From Candidatus Latescibacterota bacterium (lineage in GTDB: Bacteria; Latescibacterota; UBA2968; UBA8231), in NCBI GenBank assembly GCA_965243025.1, contig CBDETY010000003.1, forward strand, positions 6,464,001 through 6,528,000: 64,000 nucleotides of DNA. The letters run 5' to 3'. Under the pieces are notes generated by a model, which ran no database searches, was not told where the DNA came from, and saw only the letters and a list, made by a program, of their open reading frames with translations. Position 1 is the first letter of the stretch, and each line of letters starts with the position of its first letter. Made by a program: the position numbers and the translations under genes. Positions 40,591 through 50,509 of the stretch are shown here, one piece after another.

Positions 40591-41934
40591 CTAGTTGAGG
40601 TGGCGTTTCACCTGGTCCCTGGCGACGGCAAGCAGATCCTCCTCCTCGACGCAGAAGATGCGGAAGATCTTCGCCTGGTCTTCGAAGTTGTCGAGAAGGG
40701 ACTCCCGCAGCCGGGAGACTTCGGGGTCCTCGAAAGCCAGCGGGTCCGCCTTGCCGCTGGGCGCCGCGTCGCCGAAAAAGACCCTGAGATCGACCTCGGG
40801 GCTTTTGTCGAACCGGGGGATGTCGATCAGGATTTCGCTGCCGTTCATGCGCCGTTTCAGGCGGTCGCCGAAGAGCCGGCTGAGCTCGATCTCCTTCGAT
40901 CGGCGCTTGTCCGGGTGCTGGTAGAGGTCGTAGAAGTAGTGCAGGAGCCGCTGCTTGCGCTCTCCCGGGAAGATGAAGCTGGCCACCTTGTAGAGCCGGC
41001 GCCGCTGGACCCCCCCCAACAGAACGGCTGCTCCCTCGAGTCCGAGACGCTCCTGTTCCGCCCTCAGGATCCTCATCAGCTCCCCTTCGGTGACGCCGTG
41101 GAAGTCGCCGTGGGCGATGCGGCAATCGGGGTGGACCAGGACGTCCTGAAGGGAGCGCTTGAACATCGCCGTGGCCGCGCGCACCGTGTGGTGCCAGTAG
41201 ACGTTCCGGTACATCTGGTAGTTCGTGAAAACCAGCGACTCGACCGCCGAGACTCCCTTGCTGGTGATCGCCAGGCGCCGCCGCCGGGGGTCGTATTTGA
41301 TCGCCGATATCAGCCGGTCCCTGTTCACGCTTTCGCCGAAGGGGACGCCGCAGAACAGGGAGTCGCGCAGCAGGTAGTCGATCTTGTCGGGATCGAGGGT
41401 GCCGCTGAGGATGTTTGCCAACAGCAGGTCGCGCGCCGGGATCTCGCGGTCCTTGGCCTTGTAATCGATGACGTTCGCCACCCTCGCAGGATCGACGCCG
41501 ACCTCCTTCCGCAAAACCCGGCTGACGCCGCCGGATTCGTCCTCTATGATCCGGCGCGCGTGTTTTTCGTGGTCGACGAAGAAAGGCATCAGCTCTTCGA
41601 GGGTGTGCGAGAACGGGTAGTGACCGATGTCGTGAAGCAGCGTAGCGGCGAGAAAGACGCGGACGTCCTCATCGGCGAGCTCGAGGGGCGGATCGGACCT
41701 GACGAGGCGGGCGAGGAACTGCTTGGCGAGGTGGTAGACTCCGAGGGAATGCTCGAAGCGGGAGTGCCGCGCTCCCGGATAGACGAGGTGGACGAACCCG
41801 AGCTGGGTGATGTTGCGAAGGCGCTGGAACTCCTCGGTGTCGATCAGGGCGAGGAGCGGATCGGGAGTATGGATGTACCCCCAGACCGGGTCGCGGATGG
41901 CTTTGCTCTCTTCTTCCAGCCAGGGATGTCGCAT
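40591..41934 (-). CDS. HD-domain phosphohydrolase (SAMHD1/YdhJ-like dNTPase family)
   Basis: IRDPVWG, FQRLRNITQLG, HSRFEHSLGV, LHDIGH.PFSH, DPDKIDYLLRD, VYWHH. Confidence 0.88.
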   Translation of the reverse strand: MRHPWLEEESKAIRDPVWGYIHTPDPLLALIDTEEFQRLRNITQLGFVHLVYPGARHSRFEHSLGVYHLAKQFLARLVRSDPPLELADEDVRVFLAATLLHDIGHYPFSHTLEELMPFFVDHEKHARRIIEDESGGVSRVLRKEVGVDPARVANVIDYKAKDREIPARDLLLANILSGTLDPDKIDYLLRDSLFCGVPFGESVNRDRLISAIKYDPRRRRLAITSKGVSAVESLVFTNYQMYRNVYWHHTVRAATAMFKRSLQDVLVHPDCRIAHGDFHGVTEGELMRILRAEQERLGLEGAAVLLGGVQRRRLYKVASFIFPGERKQRLLHYFYDLYQHPDKRRSKEIELSRLFGDRLKRRMNGSEILIDIPRFDKSPEVDLRVFFGDAAPSGKADPLAFEDPEVSRLRESLLDNFEDQAKIFRIFCVEEEDLLAVARDQVKRHLN

Positions 41935-41941
41935 CGGGCGC

Positions 41942-41970
41942 AATCTATCCAGCCCCCATTACCCTGTCAA
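41942..41970 (-). promoter_or_regulatory. Sigma70 promoter TTGACA-17 nt-TAGATT for the HD gene (probably leaderless mRNA)
   Basis: Perfect -35, 17-nt spacer, -10 ending 7 nt before ATG 41934. Confidence 0.65.
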
Positions 41971-41975
41971 CGAAA

Positions 41976-42004
41976 TTGACAGGTGCTCGGAAAGCCTGTA
42001 ATTT
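41976..42004 (+). promoter_or_regulatory. Sigma70 promoter TTGACA-17 nt-TAATTT for the ndk operon
   Basis: Perfect -35, 17-nt spacer, TAnnnT -10. Confidence 0.65.
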
Positions 42005-42018
42005 GAACGACTTGCCCG

Positions 42019-42052
42019 CGGCCGGAAGATGGAAACAGCCGGCCGTTTTTTT
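42019..42052 (+). terminator. Terminator-like hairpin + T7 in the ndk 5' leader
   Basis: CGGCCGG-13 nt-CCGGCCG then TTTTTTT. Confidence 0.65.
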
Positions 42053-42094
42053 GTGTTTGGTCGACAGAACCGAAGACCCGGAAAGAGAACGAAC

Positions 42095-42499
42095 GTGGCC
42101 ACGGAGCGGACCTTGTTGATCGTCAAGCCGGACGCGGTGGGCAAAGCCGCAACCGGCCGGATCCTGGCGCGCCTCGAAGCCGAGGGGTTTGCGATCCGCG
42201 CCCTCGGAATGACGCGGCTCACCAGGGAACGGGCGGCTGAATTCTACGACATCCACAAGGAGCGCCCCTTTTTCGGCGAGCTGGTGGAATTCATGACTTC
42301 CGGCAGCATCGTTCCGGCCCTGCTCGAACGCGACGACGCCGTCGCCCACCTGCGCGCCTTCATCGGCGAAACGGACAGCGCCAGGGCCGCCCCGGGGACC
42401 ATCCGCCGCGACTTCGGCACCGACGTGCAATGCAATGCCGTTCACGCTTCGGATTCGCTGGAGAACGCAAAAAGGGAAATCGGCTTTTTCTTCGGCTAG
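42095..42499 (+). CDS. ndk: Nucleoside diphosphate kinase
   Basis: ERTLLIVKPD, HKERPFF, GTIRRDF, NAVHASDS; GTG start. Confidence 0.96.
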   Translation: MATERTLLIVKPDAVGKAATGRILARLEAEGFAIRALGMTRLTRERAAEFYDIHKERPFFGELVEFMTSGSIVPALLERDDAVAHLRAFIGETDSARAAPGTIRRDFGTDVQCNAVHASDSLENAKREIGFFFG

Positions 42500-42508
42500 C
42501 AATGGAAT

Positions 42509-43087
42509 ATGGCCTCCGGAGGAACAGACGGCGGGCGGACCGATGCCGTTAACGCCCACCTCCTTCTGGACGACTTCGAGGAGGGCAGGACCGAATTCGA
42601 GACGCCCCTGCAGGCTGCGGCGCTCGACCTCAGCGACCGCAACTTCGACCTGTCGCCCCGGGTTCTGCTGCGGCTTTCGGTGCAGCGGTTCCTGCAGACG
42701 TTCACCGTAAAGGGGACCGTCTCTTTCGAGATCGGCGGGGAGTGCTGCCGCTGTCTGGCCGCGGTGCAGAAGTCTTTCGAAGCGGAAGTGGAGGTCCTGA
42801 TCCAGCGCCGCGAGGTCGGCGCCGACCTCCTGGAGGCGGCCGAAGAGGAGGATGACGTCGAGATCGTCGACCCGGGCGCCAGGGTCGTCGACCTCACCGG
42901 CCGGGTGCGGGACGCCGTAGCCCTCGAGTGGCCGATGAGAGTCTACTGCCGCGAGGACTGCAAGGGGCTCTGCTCGAGCTGCGGCCACGACCTCAACGAA
43001 GGGGCGTGCGGCTGCTCCCGGGAGCGGACCGACCCGCGCTGGGAGGCCCTGGAAGGACTGGCGGCGAAACAATCGCGAAGCACGTAG
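42509..43087 (+). CDS. yceD: YceD/DUF177 protein
   Basis: ECCRCL, CREDCKGLCSSCG.DLN, DPRWEAL; lies upstream of rpmF. Confidence 0.88.
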   Translation: MASGGTDGGRTDAVNAHLLLDDFEEGRTEFETPLQAAALDLSDRNFDLSPRVLLRLSVQRFLQTFTVKGTVSFEIGGECCRCLAAVQKSFEAEVEVLIQRREVGADLLEAAEEEDDVEIVDPGARVVDLTGRVRDAVALEWPMRVYCREDCKGLCSSCGHDLNEGACGCSRERTDPRWEALEGLAAKQSRST

Positions 43088-43102
43088 ATACGGAGGAATC
43101 CC

Positions 43103-43285
43103 GTGGCAGCAGTACCCAAGAGACGGATATCCCGAACGCGCCGGGACAAGAGGAGGACGCACTGGAAGCTGCGCCGTCCCGCGCTGACCCTTTGCGCGAA
43201 CTGCGGGCAGCCGGCCCGGCCCCATCGGATCTGCAGGAGCTGCGGCTTCTACCGGGGACGCGAGTACGCCGAGCCTGAGGTCTGA
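43103..43285 (+). CDS. rpmF: 50S ribosomal protein L32 (Zn-binding form)
   Basis: AVPKRRISRTRRDKRRTH, CANCG..HRICRSCGFYRG. Confidence 0.96.
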   Translation: MAAVPKRRISRTRRDKRRTHWKLRRPALTLCANCGQPARPHRICRSCGFYRGREYAEPEV

Positions 43286-44314
43286 TTGCCCGGGCAGCTG
43301 CTGCCGACGCGAGGACGAGAGGGTTCCCGGCGCACCGGGCGGTGCGCCGCGGTGACCGCTGTCGAACGCTACCTTCCCGACCGGGTCGTCACCAACGCCG
43401 AGATTGCCGAGACCGTAGAAACCTCCGACGCCTGGATCCGCGAGCGCACCGGGATCGCCGAGCGCCGCATCCTCGACGCCCTCCCCACCTCTCACATGGC
43501 CACCGAGGTGGCGGGGAGCATCCTCGCAAAACGCGACCTCGACCCGGGTGATCTCGACCTGATCATCGTCGCGACGATCACCCCGGACATGGTCTTTCCC
43601 GCCACCGCCTGCCTCGTCCAGGACCGCATCGGGGCCCGGCGCGCATGGGGCTACGATCTCTCCGCCGCCTGCGCCGGCTTCGTCTACGCCGTGGTAGCGG
43701 GAGCCCAGTTCATCGAATCGGGGGCGCACGAAAGGGTGCTGGTCATCGGCGCCGACAAGATGAGCGCCATCACCGATCAGGAGGACCGCTCGACCTGCGT
43801 GCTGTTCGGCGACGGGGCCGGCGGAGTGCTGCTCGAGCCCGCGGAAGAGGGGCTGATCGATTTCGAGCTGCACTGCGACGGCTCGGGAAGGGAAGATCTG
43901 TACATGCCGGGCGGCGGCAGCCTGCACCCCGCTTCGCGCGAATCGGTCGACAGGCGCCTGCACTTCGTGCACCAGGACGGCAAGGCGGTCTACAAGTTCG
44001 CCGTCATGAGGATGGCCGAAGTCTCCGTGGACCTGCTGGAGCGCAACGGTTTCGGTGTCGACGACCTGGCGCTGTTCGTCCCCCACCAGGCGAATCTGCG
44101 CATTATCACCGCCACCGCCGAGCGCATGGGCCTGCCGATGGAGAAGGTGATGGTCAACATCGAGCGCTACGCCAACACGACAGCGGCAACCGTTCCGATC
44201 GCCCTTTCGGAAGCGGTCGACCAGGGGCGGGTCAAGCGCGGCGACCTCGTGCAGCTCACCGCCGTCGGCGGCGGCCTGACCTGGGGCAGCGCCCTGCTGC
44301 GCTGGACGCTCTGA
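43286..44314 (+). CDS. fabH: 3-oxoacyl-ACP synthase III
   Basis: WIRERTGI, AACAGF, FGDGAG, PHQAN, YANT; exact start uncertain. Confidence 0.94.
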   Translation: MPGQLLPTRGREGSRRTGRCAAVTAVERYLPDRVVTNAEIAETVETSDAWIRERTGIAERRILDALPTSHMATEVAGSILAKRDLDPGDLDLIIVATITPDMVFPATACLVQDRIGARRAWGYDLSAACAGFVYAVVAGAQFIESGAHERVLVIGADKMSAITDQEDRSTCVLFGDGAGGVLLEPAEEGLIDFELHCDGSGREDLYMPGGGSLHPASRESVDRRLHFVHQDGKAVYKFAVMRMAEVSVDLLERNGFGVDDLALFVPHQANLRIITATAERMGLPMEKVMVNIERYANTTAATVPIALSEAVDQGRVKRGDLVQLTAVGGGLTWGSALLRWTL

Positions 44315-44321
44315 TTTTTCC

Positions 44322-45272
44322 GTGGCCGGCCTTGCGTTCCTGTTTCCGGGCCAGGCTTCCCAGGCCGTGGGCATGGGTCGCGACCTCTGTGAACGGTACC
44401 CGCTGGCGCGGGCCCGTTTCGAAGAAGCGGAAGATGTCCTGTCGCTGCCGCTGCGGCGTCTGTGTTTCGAAGGGCCTCTGGAGGAGCTCGAGCAGACCGC
44501 GGTCACGCAGCCGGCGGTCTTCGTGCACAGCGCCGCCGCCGCCGAAGTCCTGGCGCAACAGGGGGTCGAGCCGGCCTGCGCAGCCGGCCACAGTCTCGGC
44601 GAATACTCCGCCCTGACCGCCGCCGGAGTTTTCGATTTCGCCACCGCCGTCGGCCTGGTCCAGGAGCGCGGCCGACTGATGCAGGAAGCCGGCGAGAGGC
44701 GCCCCGGAACCATGGCGGCCATCATCGGTCTCGAGGATACCCGGGTCGCCCGGCTGTGCCGGGAGGCGTCGCCGGACGGGGACGCGGTTCCGGCGAACTT
44801 CAACGCCCCCGGACAGGTGGTCATCTCGGGAACCGCCGCCGCGGTCGCCGCGGTATGCGAGGCCGCCGCGCCCGCGGGGGCCAGACGGGTGGTGCCCCTC
44901 GAGGTCAGCGGGGCTTTTCATTCCAGGCTGATGCAATCGGCAGCGGACGAGATGAGCGCCCGCCTGCGGGAGGTCGAGATGAGCCCGCCGGCGGTGCCGG
45001 TGGTGACCAACGCCGGAGCGCAGGCGACCGAAGACGTCGGCGATCTGCGGAGGCAGCTGCTGCAACAGATCCTGGCGCCGGTGCGCTGGACGGAGTGCGT
45101 AAGGGCGATCGCCGCCCGCGGCATCGCCGCCGCCGCCGAGGTCGGGCCGGGAAGCGTTCTCAAGGGACTGGTGCGGCGCATCGACAGGAAGATGACGGTT
45201 GTTTCCGCAGGCACTGCGGCGGAGATAGAGGACCTCACGGGTAAAAACGCCAAGGCGGACAGCGATGGCTGA
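44322..45272 (+). CDS. fabD: Malonyl-CoA:ACP transacylase
   Basis: FPGQ, TQPA, GHSLGEY, VSGAFHS. Confidence 0.95.
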   Translation: MAGLAFLFPGQASQAVGMGRDLCERYPLARARFEEAEDVLSLPLRRLCFEGPLEELEQTAVTQPAVFVHSAAAAEVLAQQGVEPACAAGHSLGEYSALTAAGVFDFATAVGLVQERGRLMQEAGERRPGTMAAIIGLEDTRVARLCREASPDGDAVPANFNAPGQVVISGTAAAVAAVCEAAAPAGARRVVPLEVSGAFHSRLMQSAADEMSARLREVEMSPPAVPVVTNAGAQATEDVGDLRRQLLQQILAPVRWTECVRAIAARGIAAAAEVGPGSVLKGLVRRIDRKMTVVSAGTAAEIEDLTGKNAKADSDG

Positions 45273-46029
45273 GGAGAACGGCAACGGCAGGATGAAGGGG
45301 AAATCGGCACTGGTTACCGGCGGATCCCGGGGTATCGGGCGCGCCATCGCCCTGCGGCTCGCCGCCGAAGGGGCCAACGTGGCGGTGTGCGCCCGCAACG
45401 AAGAGGCCGCCGCAGCCACCGCCGCCGAGGTCGCGCGCGCCGGGGTCGGCAGCCTGTCGCGGGGGGTCGACGTCTCCGATGCCGGCCAGGTGAAGGACCT
45501 GGTTGCGGCGACCATCGCCGAGTTCGGAGCCGTCGACATTCTCGTCAACAACGCCGGCATCGCCAGGGACAACCTCACCCTGAGGCTGCAGGAGGCCGAC
45601 TGGGACGCGGTGCTGGAGATCAACCTCAAGGGGGCGTTCCTCTGCTGCAAGGCGGCGGCGCGGTCGATGATGAAGGCGCGGGCGGGCCGCATCATCAACA
45701 TCTCCTCGGTCGTCGGCCTCGCCGGGAACGCCGGGCAGCCCAACTACGCGGCCTCGAAGGCCGGCCTGCTCGGATTCACGAAGAGCTTGGCGCGGGAGCT
45801 CGCCCCCCGCAACATCACGGTCAACGCCGTGGCTCCGGGACTGGTCCCCGACACCGGGATGACCACCGGCCTCGGGGAAGAGGCAGTCGAGCAGCTGCTG
45901 TCCCACGTCCCCCTCGGGCGCCCAGGCTCGGTGCAGGACGTCGCCGCTGCGGTCGCCTTTCTCGCTTCGGAAGAAGCGGCATACATCACAGGTCACGTGT
46001 TGACTGTCGACGGAGGGATGACGATGTAG
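45265..46029 (+). CDS. fabG: 3-oxoacyl-ACP reductase
   Basis: TGGSRGIG, NNAGI, NYAASKAG, VDGG. Confidence 0.95.
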   Translation: MAEENGNGRMKGKSALVTGGSRGIGRAIALRLAAEGANVAVCARNEEAAAATAAEVARAGVGSLSRGVDVSDAGQVKDLVAATIAEFGAVDILVNNAGIARDNLTLRLQEADWDAVLEINLKGAFLCCKAAARSMMKARAGRIINISSVVGLAGNAGQPNYAASKAGLLGFTKSLARELAPRNITVNAVAPGLVPDTGMTTGLGEEAVEQLLSHVPLGRPGSVQDVAAAVAFLASEEAAYITGHVLTVDGGMTM

Positions 46030-46060
46030 CGATCCCGGCCCGGAGCGCCGGCAGCAGGGT

Positions 46061-46080
46061 CGCCGGAGGGCGGCGTTTTT
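46061..46080 (+). terminator. Putative terminator after fabG
   Basis: CGCCG-gaggg-CGGCG followed by TTTTT. Confidence 0.5.
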
Positions 46081-46179
46081 AGTTGGCTTTATGAACCGCA
46101 CCGCAATATATATAGTTGAACTTTCGCGAAGATCAGCAACGAAGATTGCCGTCAAGACAAGAGCAGGAGGATTGAGTAA

Positions 46180-46419
46180 ATGGCAACAATAGATGAGCGG
46201 GTCCGGGATCTCATCGTCGAACAACTCGGCGTGAATGCCGACCAGGTTACCCCGGCAGCGTCCTTTGTCGACGATCTCGGGGCCGACTCCCTCGACACCG
46301 TGGAGCTGGTGATGGCCTTCGAGGAGGAGTTCGGGATCGATATTCCGGACGAGGACGCCGAAAAGATGTCCGTCGTCAGCGACGCCATCAAATACCTCGA
46401 AGAAAACAGCAAAGCCTAG
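46180..46419 (+). CDS. acpP: Acyl carrier protein
   Basis: [20 protein letters not shown]. Confidence 0.97.
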   Translation: MATIDERVRDLIVEQLGVNADQVTPAASFVDDLGADSLDTVELVMAFEEEFGIDIPDEDAEKMSVVSDAIKYLEENSKA

Positions 46420-46471
46420 TGCCTGCCTGCGCACTTCCGCGTGAATTCGGTCGCGGCGGGTTACCGGGTTC

Positions 46472-47734
46472 ATGGCGACGACACTGTCCGTGTCCAGGCG
46501 CAGAGTAGCGGTCACCGGCGCCGGAGTCCTCGCCCCCAACGGCAACGGCATCGAGGCCTTCTGGAAGGCCCTGATCGCCGGCCGTTCCGGCATCGGCGCA
46601 ATCACCCGGTGGGACACCTCCCGGCACAAGGTGAAGATCGCCGGCGAACTCAAGGGGTTCGATCCGGGTCAGTCGCTCGACCACCGGGAAGTGCGCCGCA
46701 ACGATCCCTTCGTCCACTACGCCGTCCACACCGCGGTCGAGGCGGCGACGCGAGCCGGGATCGGGGCCGGTTCCGTCGATCCCGAGCGCATGGGGGTGAT
46801 ATTCGGGTCGGGTATCGGCGGCATCTCCACCCTCGAAGAACAGCACGACGTCCTGAACGACAGGGGGCCGGGCCGCATCAGTCCCTTCTTCGTCCCCTCG
46901 ATGATAAGCGACATGTCCGCGGGGATGATCTCGATCAAGCTGGGCGCCAAGGGACCCAACTACACCACGGTTTCGGCCTGCTCCTCGGCCGCCCACGCGA
47001 TTGGCGAGGCGGCGCGCAAGATCCAGTACGGCGAGGCCGAGGTGATGATTGCCGGGGGTACAGAGGCCGCGGTCACCCCGTTCTCGGTAGCCGGCTTCGC
47101 CGCCTCGCGCGCCCTGGCGGTGCGCAACGAAGAACCGGAACGGGCGAGCCGGCCCTTCGACGCCGAACGGAACGGGTTCGTGCTCGGGGAAGGGGCCGGG
47201 GCCGTCGTGCTCGAGGAGCTCGACCATGCCACGGCGCGGGGTGCCGACGTTCTGGGTGAATTTCTCGGGCTCGGTTTCACCGCCGATGCCTACCACATCA
47301 CCGACATGGCCCCGGAAGGAGAGGGAGGGGCGCGGGCGATGCGCATCGCTCTGGAAGACGCCGGTCTGTCCCCGGACGCAATCGACTACGTAAACGCCCA
47401 CGGGACATCGACGATCGTCGGAGATCCTCAGGAAACAGCGGCGATCCGCAACGTGTTCGGGGCCCGCGCCCGCAACGGACTGGCGGTGAGCTCCACGAAG
47501 TCGATGACCGGGCACCTGCTGGGAGCGGCCGGCGCCATAGAGAGCATCGCCTGCCTGCTGGCGCTCGCCAACGGCGTGCTGCCGCCGACGATCAACTACG
47601 AAAAACCCGACCCCGAATGCGACCTCGACTACGTCCCCAACGAGGCGCGCGATGCGGACATCCGCTACGCCCTCAACAATTCCTTCGGTTTCGGGGGCCA
47701 CAACGTCGCCCTCATCTTCGGACGCCTCGACTGA
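46472..47734 (+). CDS. fabF: 3-oxoacyl-ACP synthase II
   Basis: [28 protein letters not shown]. Confidence 0.96.
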   Translation: MATTLSVSRRRVAVTGAGVLAPNGNGIEAFWKALIAGRSGIGAITRWDTSRHKVKIAGELKGFDPGQSLDHREVRRNDPFVHYAVHTAVEAATRAGIGAGSVDPERMGVIFGSGIGGISTLEEQHDVLNDRGPGRISPFFVPSMISDMSAGMISIKLGAKGPNYTTVSACSSAAHAIGEAARKIQYGEAEVMIAGGTEAAVTPFSVAGFAASRALAVRNEEPERASRPFDAERNGFVLGEGAGAVVLEELDHATARGADVLGEFLGLGFTADAYHITDMAPEGEGGARAMRIALEDAGLSPDAIDYVNAHGTSTIVGDPQETAAIRNVFGARARNGLAVSSTKSMTGHLLGAAGAIESIACLLALANGVLPPTINYEKPDPECDLDYVPNEARDADIRYALNNSFGFGGHNVALIFGRLD

Positions 47735-47811
47735 CCCCGCAGCTTCCCGGAAAACCGGGCACAGCACCTGCCGGGCACCCATTTTCAGCTCCCGGAATCG
47801 CACAGCACCTC

Positions 47812-48582
47812 ATGGGATGGTTTTCCGCACTGTTCAGCCGCCGCCGGTTGGCGAAATCCCGGGTATCGGACCCGACCGGCATGCTGGGGGAGTTGGAGCG
47901 GCGCCTCGGGTACCGCTTCCGCAACCGGGAACTGCTGCTCACCGCGCTCAAACACCGCTCCTGGGTGTACGCCCTGCAGGGGAGCGGCGTCGAGTCCAAC
48001 GAGCGTCTCGAGTACCTCGGCGACGCCGTTCTCGACCTGCTGGTCGCCGAAGAGCTGTTCCGGCGCCACCAGGACCGCCGCGAGGGCGACCTCACCAAGA
48101 TGAAGTCCCTCGTCGTCAGCCGCCCCGTCCTCGCCCGCAAGGCGCGCGGCATCGAGCTCGGGCGTTTCGTGCTGCTGAGCCAGGAGGAGCGCAAGGTCGG
48201 GGGAGCGGACCAGGACTCCATTCTCAGCGACGCCTTCGAGGCCGTGATCGGCGCCATGTACCTCGACGGCGGGCTGGAAGGGCCCCGGCGTTTCGTCGAG
48301 GGGGAAGTGATGGGGGATTTCGAAGAGCTTCACCAGCGCGAGGACTCCATCAACTTCAAGAGCCGGCTGCTCGAGTACATACAGAGCCTGGGGTCGGGAT
48401 ATCCGAGGTACCACGTGCAGGAGGAGAAGGGGCCGGATCACGACAAGGTGTTCAGCGTGTCCGTCTCGGTCACCGGGGAGGAGGTGGGGTTCGGAAGCGG
48501 CAGGAGCAAGAAGGAAGCGCAGCAGATGGCGGCCAGGGACGCCCTGCTCAAGCTCGGGCAGTTGAGAGGCGACGAGCCGTGA
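47812..48582 (+). CDS. rnc: Ribonuclease III
   Basis: NERLEYLGDAVL, DAFEAVIGAMYLD, dsRBD KSRLLE..GPDH..SKKEAQQ. Confidence 0.95.
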   Translation: MGWFSALFSRRRLAKSRVSDPTGMLGELERRLGYRFRNRELLLTALKHRSWVYALQGSGVESNERLEYLGDAVLDLLVAEELFRRHQDRREGDLTKMKSLVVSRPVLARKARGIELGRFVLLSQEERKVGGADQDSILSDAFEAVIGAMYLDGGLEGPRRFVEGEVMGDFEELHQREDSINFKSRLLEYIQSLGSGYPRYHVQEEKGPDHDKVFSVSVSVTGEEVGFGSGRSKKEAQQMAARDALLKLGQLRGDEP

Positions 48583-49523
48583 CTGCCGCGAAGGAAACAT
48601 GGCGCTTCCTCGATACCGGGGCTTCGCCCGGCGACTTCAACATGCAGGCTGACGCGGTACTTCTCGACGCCGTCGGCGCCGGCCGCAGCCCCTCGGTGCT
48701 GCGGCTCTACCGCTGGGAACCGCCCGCCATATCCCTGGGGTACAACCAGGACCCCCGGCGGGAGCTCGATCTGCAGCGGGTTGGCAGCGCCGGCATCGAC
48801 GTGGTGCCCCGGCTCACCGGCGGGCGCGCCGTCCTTCACTGGGAGGAGTTGACCTACAGCGTGATCTGCCGCGAGGGATGCGGCCGTCTCGGGGCCTCTC
48901 CCGGTGCCGCGTACCGCGAGATCGGACGCGCCCTGGTGGCCGGACTGCGGGCCTTCGGCGCCCCGGTCGACCTGCACCGCCAGGAGGCGGGACAGGGCGG
49001 CCGCTCGACCCCTGAGGCCCCCAAGCCCCCCTGCTTCGCCAGCACCTCCAGGTGGGAGGTTACCTGCCGGGGCCGCAAGCTCGTCGGCAGCGCCCAGCGC
49101 CGGATTCGCGGGGCGATACTTCAGCACGGCTCGATCCTCACCGGTCCCCGGCACCTCCTCCTCGGCGGTTTCCTGCGGGCTGCGGAAAACCGCGGTCCGA
49201 TCGCGGACCTTCCCGTCGCCCCGTCGAGGGCGGTCCGCAACTCCGGCCCGTCGCCATCGGCCGCAACGGAAATGTCGTCGTACCCCTGCACCATCCGGCC
49301 ACCGGGTTCATCGACCAGCACGCACCTGGGAGAAATAACCGGGGAGCCGGTCGACATTCCCTTTCTGTCCGCCTGTATCGTCCGCGGGTTCGGCGGCTGT
49401 CTGGAGATCGGCCTGAGGGACAGCGCCCTTGCCGCAGGCGAGCGGGAGGAAATCGAACGCCGCTGCGGGGGGCTCCGGGAAGCGGACGAACCGGCCGCGG
49501 TCGAAGCCGGAGCGCGGCGATGA
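48579..49523 (+). CDS. Lipoate-protein ligase / octanoyltransferase (LplA/LipM family)
   Basis: [39 protein letters not shown]. Confidence 0.85.
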   Translation: MTAAKETWRFLDTGASPGDFNMQADAVLLDAVGAGRSPSVLRLYRWEPPAISLGYNQDPRRELDLQRVGSAGIDVVPRLTGGRAVLHWEELTYSVICREGCGRLGASPGAAYREIGRALVAGLRAFGAPVDLHRQEAGQGGRSTPEAPKPPCFASTSRWEVTCRGRKLVGSAQRRIRGAILQHGSILTGPRHLLLGGFLRAAENRGPIADLPVAPSRAVRNSGPSPSAATEMSSYPCTIRPPGSSTSTHLGEITGEPVDIPFLSACIVRGFGGCLEIGLRDSALAAGEREEIERRCGGLREADEPAAVEAGARR

Positions 49524-50509
49524 GCGCCGCTGTCCGGGGGGCCGGCCCGGTCGTCGAAGTCGAAGGCCTGCGCACCAGCTTTTACGGCGACGACGGCATC
49601 GGCCTCGCTGTCGACGGCGTGTCGTTCTCACTCTGCAAGGGAGAAACCCTGGGCCTGGTGGGAGAGAGCGGCTGCGGCAAGAGCGTCACCGCCCTGTCGG
49701 TCATGCGCCTGGTTCGCGAGCCTCCGGGCCGCATCGAGGCCGGCCGCATCGCCGTCAACGGCCGCGATCTCACGGCGTTGTCGGAGCAGGAGATGTGCCG
49801 CATACGGGGGGACGAGGTCGCCATGATCTTCCAGGAGCCGATGTCGAGTCTGAACCCGGTTCTCACCTGCGGTTTCCAGATCATGGAAGCGGTGATGCTG
49901 CACCAGGACGCCTCCAGGGCGGAGGCGCGCGAGCGCGCCGTCGAGATGCTGAAGCTGGTCGGCATTCCCGCTCCCGAGCAGCGCATCGACGAGTATCCCC
50001 ACCAGCTGAGCGGCGGCATGCGGCAGCGGATCATGATCGCCATGGCCCTCTCCTGCAACCCGGACGTGCTGATCGCCGACGAACCGACGACCGCCCTCGA
50101 CGTCACCATACAGGCGCAGATCCTCGAATTGCTGCAACGGCTCCAGGAAGAGCTCGACATGGCCATCCTGCTGATCACCCACGATCTCGGGGTGGTCGCC
50201 GAGGTCGCCGACCGGGTGGCGGTGATGTACGCCGGCAGGATCGTGGAGACCGCCGGGACCGGGGAACTCTTCGCATCCCCGCGGCACCCCTACACGCGGG
50301 GACTGCTGCGCTCGATACCCGGACTCGAGGAGGAGCGGGAGCGGCTCGACATCATCCCCGGCTCGGTCCCGGACGCCCGCGACATCCCTGCCGGCTGCGC
50401 CTTCCATCCCCGCTGCCCCCTGGCCGACGACAACTGCCGGCGACAGCGCCCGCAACCGGAGGAAGCGGCGCCCGGGCACCTCGTGAGCTGCTGGAAAGCG
50501 GATGACTGA
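49520..50509 (+). CDS. Oligo/dipeptide ABC transporter ATPase (OppD/DppD)
   Basis: [38 protein letters not shown]. Confidence 0.92.
   Translation: MSAAVRGAGPVVEVEGLRTSFYGDDGIGLAVDGVSFSLCKGETLGLVGESGCGKSVTALSVMRLVREPPGRIEAGRIAVNGRDLTALSEQEMCRIRGDEVAMIFQEPMSSLNPVLTCGFQIMEAVMLHQDASRAEARERAVEMLKLVGIPAPEQRIDEYPHQLSGGMRQRIMIAMALSCNPDVLIADEPTTALDVTIQAQILELLQRLQEELDMAILLITHDLGVVAEVADRVAVMYAGRIVETAGTGELFASPRHPYTRGLLRSIPGLEEERERLDIIPGSVPDARDIPAGCAFHPRCPLADDNCRRQRPQPEEAAPGHLVSCWKADD

Noticed and set aside
41945-44824. Long alternative ORFs (e.g. 959 aa here; also 1629-3848, 17694-20099, 53877-56822)
   Set aside because: Antisense or off-frame shadows of recognised genes, expected from high-GC codon bias
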